Assembly (NCBI GenBank): GCA_963776245.1
Contig: CAVZLN010000003.1
Span: forward strand, 224,001-288,000
Length of the DNA: 64,000 nucleotides
Direction of reading: 5' to 3'
Source of the DNA: Candidatus Eiseniibacteriota bacterium
Lineage (GTDB): Bacteria > Eisenbacteria > RBG-16-71-46
In this document: piece after piece, positions 55,631 to 64,000 of the stretch
Numbering within the stretch: position 1 is the first letter of the stretch
Layout of the letters: the number at the start of each line of letters is the position of its first letter
Notes under the pieces: generated by a model
Database searches by the model: none
Seen by the model: only the letters and a program-made list of their open reading frames with translations
What the model was told of the DNA's origin: nothing
Program-made: the position numbers and the translations under genes

Positions 55631-56678
55631 TCACATCCCCTTGCCGGTGCGCAGCTGGTCGACGATCGCCTCGAGCACGGCGCGCGGCGGACGCACGCGA
55701 TCGAGCGGCAGGTGCGCGAGCGGCGTGTCCACCATGCTGGAGCTCCTCGGTGAAGGAGCGGCTGGCCGGGTCCACGTAGATCAGCCCGGTCACCAGGCGC
55801 CGCTCCTGGCGCGCCTCGTGCAGCGTGTCGAGGGCGGCCTCGCGGTCGGTCGGGTCGTAGTCCTCGGCGAGCTTCTTGAGCACGATGTTCGAGCCGTCGG
55901 GCATCTCGACGTCGCGCGTCTCGCCGGGCTCGTACTCGACGTGGATGTCCTCGAAGTAGGGCACGTACTCGATGTCGTGCAGCGGCGCGTCGTGCTCCTT
56001 CACGCGGCGTAGGACTTGGTCGAGCCCTCGTGGTCGGCGAACGTCACGCACGGGCTGATGACGTCGATCACCGCGGTGCCGCGGTGCGCGAACGCCGCCT
56101 TGAGCAGCGGCCGCAGCTGCTTCTGGTCGCCCGAGAACGAGCGCGCCACGAACGCGCAGCCCAGCTCGATCGCGAGCGCGCACAGGTCGATGGGCATCAG
56201 CCGGTTGGCCTCGCCGCCCTTGCGCGTGCTGCCGATGTCGGCGGTGGCGGAGAACTGGCCCTTGGTGAGGCCGTACACGCCGTTGTTCTCGACGATGTAC
56301 ACCACCGGCACGTTGCGGCGCACCAGGTGCACGAAGTGGCCCATGCCGATGCTGGCGGTGTCGCCGTCGCCCGAGACGCCGATCAGCAGCAGCTCGCGGT
56401 TCGCCACGCTCACGCCGGTGGCGATGGTGGGCATGCGGCCGTGCACGGCGTTGAAGCCGTGCGAGGTGCCGAGGAAGTAGGCCGGCGTCTTGCTCGAGCA
56501 GCCGATGCCCGAGAGCTTGGCGACGCGGTGCGGCTCGAGCCCGGCCTCGTACGCGGCCTGGATGATGCCGCCGGTGATGGCGTTGTGGCCGCAGCCCGGG
56601 CACAGCGTGGTCTTGCGAGCCGTCGTAGTCGGCCCGCGTCAGGCCGACGCGGTTGCGCGGCACGCTGGTCTCGCTCAT
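55631..56678 (-). CDS. korB: 2-oxoacid:ferredoxin oxidoreductase beta subunit (frameshifted)
   Basis: LCPGCGH, SGIGCSS, HGRMP, SGDGDTASIG, ENNGVYGLTKGQ, ISPCVTF. Confidence 0.92.
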
Positions 56679-58488
56679 CGCCCCGCTCCTTCCGCGGCCG
56701 GCACGCGCCCCTCGGCGCGCAGGATGTGTTCGGTCACGCTCGCGGCGTCGAGCGGCAGCCCGTCGTAGTGACGCACCGAGCGCACCCGCGGCGCGTGCTC
56801 CCCGGCCTCGAGCACGACCAGCTGGGCCATCTGCCCGTCGCGGTTCTGCTCGACCACGTACACGCGCGGATAGCGCGCGACGAACGCGGCGACGTGCGCG
56901 GTGAACGGCAGCGCCCTCACCCGCAGGTAGCCGTCTTCACGCCGGCGGCCCGCAGCTGGTCGCGCGCCTCGACCATCGCCCAGTGGGACGAGCCGTAGGC
57001 GATCAGCCCGACCTCGGCGCCGGCGTCCTCGGGCAGCAGCGGCGCCGGCACCAGCGTGCGGGCGGTCTCCATCTTCCGCGCCAGCCGGTCCATCACGCGC
57101 ACGTAGGCCTCGGGGCTCTCGGTGTAGCGCGCCGCCTCGTCGTGGCCCGAGCCGCGCGTGAAGTACGCGCCCTTCGGGTCCTTCACGCCCGGCAGCGTGC
57201 GGTACGGGATGGCGTCGCCGTCGCTGTCGCGGTAGCGCTCGAACTTCGCCAGGCCCTTCAGCTGCTCGTCGTCGAGCACCTTGCCGCGGTCCCACGGCCG
57301 CTCGGGATAGGCGAACGGCTCCGCCACCCAGTTGTTCATGCCGAGGTCGAGGTCGGAGAGCACGAACAGCGGCGTCTGCAGCCGCTCGGCGAGGTCGAAC
57401 GCCCGCCCGCCGAAGTCGAAGCACTCCTCGACCGAGCACGGCAGCAGCACCGGGTGACGGGTGTCGCCGTGCGAGAGCCCGTGCACGAACGCGAGGTCGG
57501 CCTGCGAGGTGCGCGTCGGCAGGCCGGTGCTGGGGCCGATGCGCTGGATGTCCCAGATCACCGCGGGGATCTCGGCGTAGTAGCCGTAGCCGGTGAACTC
57601 GGCCATCAGCGAGATGCCCGGGCCCGAGGTCGCGGTCATCGCGCGCGCGCCCGCCCAGCCGGCGCCGAGCACCATGCCGATGGCGGCGATCTCGTCCTCG
57701 GACTGCACCACGGCGTAGGTCGCGCGGCCGGTCGCGGGGTCCCTGCGATGGGTGTCGAGGAAGCCGATCAGCGCTTCGATGAGACTCGAGGAGGGTGTGA
57801 TCGGATACCACGTCACCACGGTGACGCCGCCGAACATCGCACCCAGCGCCGCGGCGGTGTTGCCGTCCACCAGCATCCGGCCGGCCGTCGCGTCCATGCG
57901 CTCGAGCGCGTACGGATCGGCCTTGGGCAGGTTCGCCCGCGCCCACTCCCACCCCGCGCGCACCGCGGCGTGATTGAGCGCCAGCGACTTCGGCTTGCCG
58001 CCGAGCATGGCGTCGAGCGCGCGCTCGATCTCGGCTTCGTCGATGCCGAGCTTCTCGGCCAGCACGCCGACGTACACCATGTTCGCCACCAGCCGGCGCA
58101 GCTTCACCTCGGTGGTGACGGGCTCCACCAGCTTGGCCACCGGCACGCGGTACACGACGCGATCGGCGGGGAGGTCGGCCAGCTTGATCGCGTCGTTGAG
58201 CACGATCATCGAGCCCGGCTTCATCGCCGCCACGTCGGCCGCGGCGGTCTCCGGGTTCATCACCACCAGGATCTCGTGGTCGCGGCGGCGCGCGACGTAG
58301 CCGTCCCTGCTCACGCGGATGGTGAACCAGGTCGGCAGCCCGGCGATGTTCGAGGGGAACAGGTTCTTCCCGCTCACCGGGATGCCCATCTGGAGGATGG
58401 CGCGCAGCAGCACGCTGTTCGCGGTCTGGCTGCCCGATCCATTGACCGTGGCGACCTGGATGCTGAAGTCGTTGACGAGGCGGTTCAC
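56675..58488 (-). CDS. korA: 2-oxoacid:ferredoxin oxidoreductase alpha subunit (gamma-fused; frameshift near 56930)
   Basis: NGSGSQ, WYPITPSS, QSEDEIAA, TATSGPG, QRIGPSTGLPT, VVEQNRDGQ. Confidence 0.93.
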
Positions 58489-59525
58489 GTTCGGGGGTCT
58501 CCGTCCGCGCCGCCGGCGGGGCGGCGCTCGGCGTCCTGGGGGGCGGTGTAGAGGTCGGTCATGGTCACGCGCTGCGGCTGGCGCACGTGGAGGTAGGCGG
58601 AGTTCGCGGCCACCGCGCCCTCGCCCGAGGCGGTGATGAGCAGCTTGTACTTGCCGGGATAGGTCACGATGTCGCCGCACGCGAAGATGCCCGGGACCGA
58701 GGTGCACATCGAGGCGTCCACCGGGATCTGGCTGCCTTCGACCGCGATGCCCCAGCGCTTCACCGCCTCGAGGTTCACCGCCGCGCCGATGTTGACCACC
58801 AGGTGGTCGCACTCGATGCGCTGTGGCTCGGCGGCGCCGCGGGTCAGCACGGTCACCGCGCGCAGCGCACCGTCCTCGTGCTCGATGGTCTTGACGCGCG
58901 TCTCGAGCCTCACCGCGATGCCGAGCGCCTGCACCGCCTCGATGTTCTTCTCCATCGCGGTGAAGTGGTCGAGCACCTGCACCAGCGTGACCGTGGCGCC
59001 CGCCGCGTGCGCGGCCTGGGCGCTCTCGAGGCCGGAGTCCCCGCCGCCGACCACCACCACGCGGCGGCCGGCGACCCGCGCGGCCTCGGCGAGGCGGTAG
59101 CTGACGCAGTCCTCGCGCAACCGCTCCTCGCCCGCCACCCGGAGCCTCCGCGGCTCGAACGCCCCGCCGCCGATCGCCACGATGACCGCGCCGACCGTGT
59201 GCGTCCCGGTGGTGTCGGCAGCGATGTCGAGCGCGGTCGCCTCGAAGGTGCCGTCGTCGAGGCGCTTGAGGTCGAGCACCTTGCGCTCGGCGAGGATCTC
59301 GACGCCGAGGCCCAGCGCGTGCTCGACCAGGCGGTCGGCGAGCGTGCGCGCGACGATGACGTCCTCGCCCGGCCAGTCGTGCACCGGCTTCTCGCCGTAG
59401 ACCGAGATCAGCTGCCCGCCGGGCCGCGAGGCGTCGAGCACCAGCACCGACATGCGGCGCATGCGCAGGAACATCCCGGCGGTCAGCCCCGCGGGCCCGC
59501 CGCCGATGATCAGGACCTCGTGCAA
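58485..59525 (-). CDS. TrxB-fold flavoprotein without CxxC; probable ferredoxin--NADP+ reductase
   Basis: IIGGGPAG, GGQL...YGEKPVHD, GGGAFEP, GGGDSG, GDIVTYPGK; directly upstream of korAB. Confidence 0.8.
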   Translation of the reverse strand: MHEVLIIGGGPAGLTAGMFLRMRRMSVLVLDASRPGGQLISVYGEKPVHDWPGEDVIVARTLADRLVEHALGLGVEILAERKVLDLKRLDDGTFEATALDIAADTTGTHTVGAVIVAIGGGAFEPRRLRVAGEERLREDCVSYRLAEAARVAGRRVVVVGGGDSGLESAQAAHAAGATVTLVQVLDHFTAMEKNIEAVQALGIAVRLETRVKTIEHEDGALRAVTVLTRGAAEPQRIECDHLVVNIGAAVNLEAVKRWGIAVEGSQIPVDASMCTSVPGIFACGDIVTYPGKYKLLITASGEGAVAANSAYLHVRQPQRVTMTDLYTAPQDAERRPAGGADGDPRT

Positions 59526-59718
59526 CGCTTCCCGCCTTTCGCGGAGTGCGCGCGGAACCGGGCGCCGGAGGAGGCCTCCGGCGGGCGCGACGGGGTCCTG
59601 CGCGCGGGATGCACGCACGGTAAAGGCGCCCTCGCCGCGCGGTCAAGGAGCGCCGGGCCGCGCCCGGCGCGGGCGCCGCGCCGCTGCCAGCGGCGTTCGT
59701 CGCGCTCGCCGCGCCCGC

Positions 59719-59748
59719 TTGACCCCCCCTCGCGGCCCGGCGTAGCGT
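59719..59748 (+). promoter_or_regulatory. Putative sigma70 promoter
   Basis: TTGACC-N18-TAGCGT, 10 nt before the ATG at 59759. Confidence 0.5.
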
Positions 59749-59758
59749 CCCGGGCGTC

Positions 59759-60517
59759 ATGAGCACGCACAGCGTCATGCGCACCGAACCCGCGCCCGAG
59801 ATCCTCGACGGCGTGCGGCGTTGGCTCGAGCCGGTGCGCGCCGCGCTCGGCCCGGACTTCCTCTCGGCCTACCTCACCGGCAGCGTGCTCACGCTGGCGT
59901 GGAATCCCAAGCGCTCGGCGGTGAACCTGCTGGTGATCGCCCGCGCGCTCGGCGCCGAGCGTCTTGACGCGCTGGTGAAGGCGGTGCCCGCGCCCGCCAA
60001 GAAGGGGCCGCGCGTCGAGCCGCTGTTCCTCACCCAGCGCCAGATCGAGCACTCGCTCGACGTCTTCCCGATCGAGTGGACCGAGATCCGCGAGCGCCAC
60101 CTGCTGATCGAGGGCGAGGACGTGGTCGGACCGCTGGTGGTGCCGCCCCGCTCGCTGCGCACCCAGCTCGAGCACGAGCTGCGCAGCAAGCACATCCGGC
60201 TGCGCCATGCCTACCTGCTGTCGCAGGCCTCGCCCGCCGCGCTCGAACGCGAGCTGCGCGGCATGGCCTCCTCGTTCGCCGCGCTGTTCCGCACCCTGCT
60301 GCGCCTGCAGGGCGAGCCGGTGCCGGCCGAGGCCGCGCAGGTGCTCGAGCGCGTCGCCGTCCTCTACAAGCTCGACGCCCAGAGCCTGCTCGGCGTCCAC
60401 CTGCTGCGCTACGCCGAACGATCGTGGAAGCCCGCCGAGATCCTGTCGCTCTACCGCGGGTTCCTCACCAGCATCGACCGACTCATCGAAGCGATCGACG
60501 AGCTGCGCCTGCCATGA
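59759..60517 (+). CDS. Nucleotidyltransferase-fold protein with degenerate acidic motif
   Basis: YLTGS...RSAVNLLV, DVFPIEW, QLEHELR; coupled to the TPM gene. Confidence 0.7.
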   Translation: MSTHSVMRTEPAPEILDGVRRWLEPVRAALGPDFLSAYLTGSVLTLAWNPKRSAVNLLVIARALGAERLDALVKAVPAPAKKGPRVEPLFLTQRQIEHSLDVFPIEWTEIRERHLLIEGEDVVGPLVVPPRSLRTQLEHELRSKHIRLRHAYLLSQASPAALERELRGMASSFAALFRTLLRLQGEPVPAEAAQVLERVAVLYKLDAQSLLGVHLLRYAERSWKPAEILSLYRGFLTSIDRLIEAIDELRLP

Positions 60518-61329
60518 GCGCGCGGCGCGTCAGCGCGCGCCTCGGCGTCGCCCTGCTGCTCGCCGTCCTCGTCCTCTCGCCGGCGGGCGCCGCGCGTGCG
60601 CAGGCGCCCGACGAGGGGCCCGCGATCCCTCCCGCGGTGGGCTTCGTCAACGACCGCGCCGGCGTCCTGGACGAGCCCGCGCGCGCGCGGCTCGAAGCGT
60701 TCCTCGATCAGGTGAAGCAGAAGACCGGGGCCGAGTTCGCGGTGCTGGTGGTGGATTCCACCGCGCCGGTGACACCGGTGGAGTACAAGACGCGGGTCTT
60801 CAAGGCGTGGGGCATCGGCGGGAAGGAGCGCGACGAAGGGCTGCTGATGCTGGTCGCGCTGCGCGAGCGCCGGGTGGAGTTCGAGACCGGCTACGGCCTC
60901 GAGGGGGCGCTCACCGACGCCTTCGAGGCGCGCGTGGTGCGCGACGTGATGGCGCCGCTGATGCGCGGCGGCGACCGGGCGGGCGCCATCACCCAGGGCG
61001 CGCTCGCGATCTCCGCGCGGATCGCGAAGGACAAGGGCGTCACGCTCGAGTGGGACGGGCGCGAACTGCGCTACGACGGCCCGGGGCGGGGGTCGCGGCT
61101 CCCCGGCTGGGTGATCGCGCTGCTGGTGTTCATGCTGGTGAGCTCGATGCTCTCGGGGTTCGGCGGCGGCCGCTACGGCCGCGGCGGCCGGTACCACGGC
61201 GGCGGCGGCTGGGGCGGCGGCTGGGGGGGCGGCTTCGGCGGGGGTGGCTTCGGCGGCGGGGGCGGTGGATCGTTCGGCGGATTCGGCGGCGGGGCGAGCG
61301 GCGGCGGTGGGGGCGGGGGCGGTTGGTGA
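60514..61329 (+). CDS. TPM-domain membrane protein with Gly-rich tail
   Basis: FVNDRAGVL, WGIGGK, ETGYGLEG, C-terminal FGGFGGGASGGGGGGGGW. Confidence 0.93.
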   Translation: MSARRVSARLGVALLLAVLVLSPAGAARAQAPDEGPAIPPAVGFVNDRAGVLDEPARARLEAFLDQVKQKTGAEFAVLVVDSTAPVTPVEYKTRVFKAWGIGGKERDEGLLMLVALRERRVEFETGYGLEGALTDAFEARVVRDVMAPLMRGGDRAGAITQGALAISARIAKDKGVTLEWDGRELRYDGPGRGSRLPGWVIALLVFMLVSSMLSGFGGGRYGRGGRYHGGGGWGGGWGGGFGGGGFGGGGGGSFGGFGGGASGGGGGGGGW

Positions 61330-61380
61330 GGTGAGCCCGCGCGCGTGGTGCGCGCGGTCCAACGACAGGGAGAATCCGGT

Positions 61381-61962
61381 ATGAAGCGTGGACTGCTGGT
61401 GGCACTCGTGGTCGTGGCCCTGATGCTCCTCGGCGTCGGCGGATGCCTGGTGGGCAACTACAACCGGCTGGTGACGTCGAAGGAGGCGGTGAGCCAGAAG
61501 TGGGCGCAGGTGGACAACCAGCTCCAGCGCCGCAATGACCTCATCGGCAACCTGGTCGAGTCGGTCAAGGGCACCGCGACCCAGGAGCAGACGGTGTTCG
61601 GCGACATCGCCGACGCGCGCGCGCGCATGAGCGGTGCGCGCACCCCGCAGGAGGGCATCGCCGCGGGCCAGGCGATGGACGGCGCCATCGGACGGCTGCT
61701 GGTGGTGGTGGAGAACTACCCCCAGCTCAAGAGCAACGAGGCGTTCCTGGGACTGATGGACGAGCTCACCGGCACCGAGAACCGCCTCGCCACCGAGCGC
61801 ATGCGCTACAACGACGAGGTGCGCGGCTACAACACCATGATCAAGCGCTTCCCCACCAACCTGTACGCCGCGGCGTTCCGCTTCGCGGCGGCGCCGTACT
61901 ACCCGGTGGCCGAGAAGGCGAAGGTCGTGCCCAAGGTGGACTTCAGCGGCCTGAAGCCCTGA
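61381..61962 (+). CDS. lemA: LemA family protein
   Basis: YNRLV, QRRNDLI, ENYPQLKSN, GTENRL, RYND, FPTN. Confidence 0.95.
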   Translation: MKRGLLVALVVVALMLLGVGGCLVGNYNRLVTSKEAVSQKWAQVDNQLQRRNDLIGNLVESVKGTATQEQTVFGDIADARARMSGARTPQEGIAAGQAMDGAIGRLLVVVENYPQLKSNEAFLGLMDELTGTENRLATERMRYNDEVRGYNTMIKRFPTNLYAAAFRFAAAPYYPVAEKAKVVPKVDFSGLKP

Positions 61963-61990
61963 CCCCGCACGCGCGCCGGGCGCGGCGTCG

Positions 61991-63465
61991 TCAGGCCGCG
62001 CTCCGCTCCAGAGCGAGCAGGTCGCGCACCGCGGCCTCGAGCGCCTGGCGCGTGCCCGCGTCGAGCGCGTCGCCGAGCGACTCGGCGGCGCGCGCGGTGG
62101 CCGGGCCGAGCATCTCGCCGCCGGCCCGCGCGATCACCAGCCGTCGCGCGAACGCCACCAGCAGGGCGGCGCGCGCCGACGGCGGGTCGGCCGCGTGCTC
62201 GGGCGAGGAGGGCGCGGCGGCGGCGAGCGCCGCCAGTTCGGCGATCCAGCCGGTGGAGTCGTCGGTCGCGAGGCGCGCCAGCGCCTCGCGCAGGCGCGGC
62301 TCGCCGGCCGCGGCGCCCAGCCCCACCGCGTGCTTCAGCAGGCCGCGGGTGCGCGGCGGCAGCAGCGCGACGCGCGCCACGCGCTCCACCAGCCCGGCCG
62401 CCTCGGCGCGCAACGCCGGGGTCGCGGGATCGCCGGCGACGCTCGCGAGCAGCTCCACCGAGCGCTCGAGCGAGCTGCGGTAGCGGCGCGCGTTGCGCAG
62501 CGCGCCCGCCACCAGATCGCACAGGCCCGCCACCAGATCGAAATCGTGGGCCTGGGGCTCGAGCCCGTCGCCGCGCTCGTCGGTGAGCAGCACGCCCTCG
62601 AGGCCATCGGGCCCCGCCAGCGGGGCGGCCAGCACGAAGCCGCCCGCGACCATCCCCTGCAGTTCCCCCGCCAGCTCCGGCTGGCGCTCCATCTCGCGCC
62701 GCAGCACCGGGCGCCCGAGCGCCAGCAGCAGCGCGGCCAGCGCGCCGTCCGGCGCGAGCGAGAAGCCCGCGACGCGGTCGAACGAATCACCCCGCACGGC
62801 GAGCGGCTCGAGCGCGGCGCGATCGCGGCCGGCCGCGAGCAGCGGCCACCGTGGTCACCCCGAGGCGGCTCTGGGCGGCGCCCAGGAAGCGGTGTGCGAG
62901 CGACGTCGTGGTCGAGCGTGAGATGGAGGTCGCGGCCGACGCCGAACGCCAGCTCGCGCAGCCGCTGTTCGCGGCGGGTCTCGACGTGCGAGCGCCTCAC
63001 CTCGTCGCGCGCGCGCGCCAGCTCGCGCTCGAGCTCGACGCCGCGGCGGCGCATCTCGCGCGTCTCCGCGGCGCGCGCGAGCAGCCGGCGCGAGCGCGCC
63101 ACCAGCTCCCGCGGGGAGAACGGCTTGGCCACGAAGTCGTCGGCGCCCACCGCGAGCCCGTGGACGCGCGATTCGGTCTCGCCCGCGGCCGACACCAGGA
63201 TGAGCGGCGCGGCCTGATCGCCGCGCTCGCGGCGCAGCGCCTCGCACACCTCGAAGCCGCTGCGCTTGGGCAGGCGCACGTCGAGCACGATCAGGTCGGG
63301 TTGCTCCGCCAGCGCCTTGCGATAGGCCTCGTCGCCGTCCACCGCGGTGAGCACTTCGTATCCCTGGGTCGAGAACGAGACCTCGAGGAGCTCCAGCACG
63401 CGGCGGTCGTCGTCCACCACCAGCACGCGCGCGGGCGGCTGCGGGGCGCGCGGGAACACGCTCAT
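61991..63465 (-). CDS. Response regulator: receiver, coiled coil, GAF-like and degenerate HD-GYP-like region (frameshift near 62850)
   Basis: VLVVDDD, LDVRLP, GADDFVAKPF; then LAAPL...GVLL...DFDLV GAF-like pattern. Confidence 0.75.
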
Positions 63466-64000
63466 CGGCGCGCCTCGCCGCGGAGCCGCCCGAGCAGCGC
63501 ATCGAGCTCGTCCTCGGCGAACGGCTTGTGAAGCACGTCGCGGACCGCGGCCTCGTGCGCCACCGCGCGATCGGCGGGGTCGCGCACCAGCGCGATCAGC
63601 GTCGCCGCCGAGCCCTCGCGCTCGAGCCGCTCGCGCACCCCGGCGACCAGGGCGACACCGCTCGCGTCGGGCAACTCGACGTCGAGGCACACCAGTTCCC
63701 ACGGTCCGCGCCGGAGCGCGCTGACGAGCGTCACGGCGCTGTCCACCGCGTCCACCTCGAAGCCGCGCTTCTGCAGCATGCGCATCAGGAACAGCCGCGC
63801 CATCATCGAGTCCTCGGCCACCAGCGCGCGGTGCGCGTGGGCGGCGACCGGCGCGGCCGGCGCGGGCGGCGGGGCCGCGGTCTCGGCCACTCCGGGGACC
63901 ACCCGCGCCCACGGCGGCGCCGGCGGGGCCACGGCCTCCTCGGGCACCACGTCGGCCGCCTCGAGCACGCGTGACGCGGGCTCCGGCAGCGGCTCGACCG
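63462..64000 (-). CDS. C-terminal receiver domain of a larger signalling protein, possibly CheA-like hybrid (5' end outside window)
   Basis: Pro/Ala linker then ALVAEDSMMAR, CLDVELPD, HKPF. Confidence 0.7.
   Translation of the reverse strand, partial: VEPLPEPASRVLEAADVVPEEAVAPPAPPWARVVPGVAETAAPPPAPAAPVAAHAHRALVAEDSMMARLFLMRMLQKRGFEVDAVDSAVTLVSALRRGPWELVCLDVELPDASGVALVAGVRERLEREGSAATLIALVRDPADRAVAHEAAVRDVLHKPFAEDELDALLGRLRGEARR

Noticed and set aside
53390..58488. Programmed frameshifting or pseudogenes in the dipeptidase and korAB
   Set aside because: Multiple scattered indels, no obvious slippery sites and intact motifs; assembly error is simpler.
58485..59525. Thioredoxin reductase
   Set aside because: The redox CxxC is absent (CVSYRLAE); an FNR-like role fits better next to korAB.
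61160..61326. GGC-rich tandem repeat
   Set aside because: It encodes the usual Gly-rich tail of TPM proteins; not a separate repeat element.

Overview
A GC-rich bacterial chromosomal window containing housekeeping and energy-metabolism genes. No rRNA, tRNA, CRISPR array or mobile element was recognised. The secreted-protein C-termini (FlgD-Ig tail, TWGxxKxLYR tail) suggest an FCB-affiliated lineage such as Ca. Eisenbacteria; this is inference only. Left to right, the window holds: an arginine-catabolism cluster (ArcE-like P-loop protein, rocD, argF); a metal-uptake operon headed by a CxxC/RAPP leader peptide and divergent from a complete group 3b [NiFe]-hydrogenase operon; lhgO, then gdh followed by two PPDK/PEP-synthase-type ATP-grasp proteins, one fused to a nucleotidyltransferase, with a convergent metallophosphoesterase; DUF47-pit, peptidases, a sirtuin and msrA; a full F1Fo ATP synthase operon with an apparent AtpI-subunit a fusion; a Kef antiporter; ferredoxin, korAB and an FNR-like reductase; an NTase-like/TPM/LemA operon; and two receiver-domain proteins. 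Several stretches (1-8400, about 25500, about 40290, 53400-57000, about 62850) carry many frameshifts, probably consensus errors. Three in-frame TAG codons sit at apparent Tyr positions. The best candidates for new biology are the GDH-linked ATP-grasp/NTase module, the RAPP arrest-peptide metal switch and the AtpI-a fusion. All family calls are by motif recognition, not database search.
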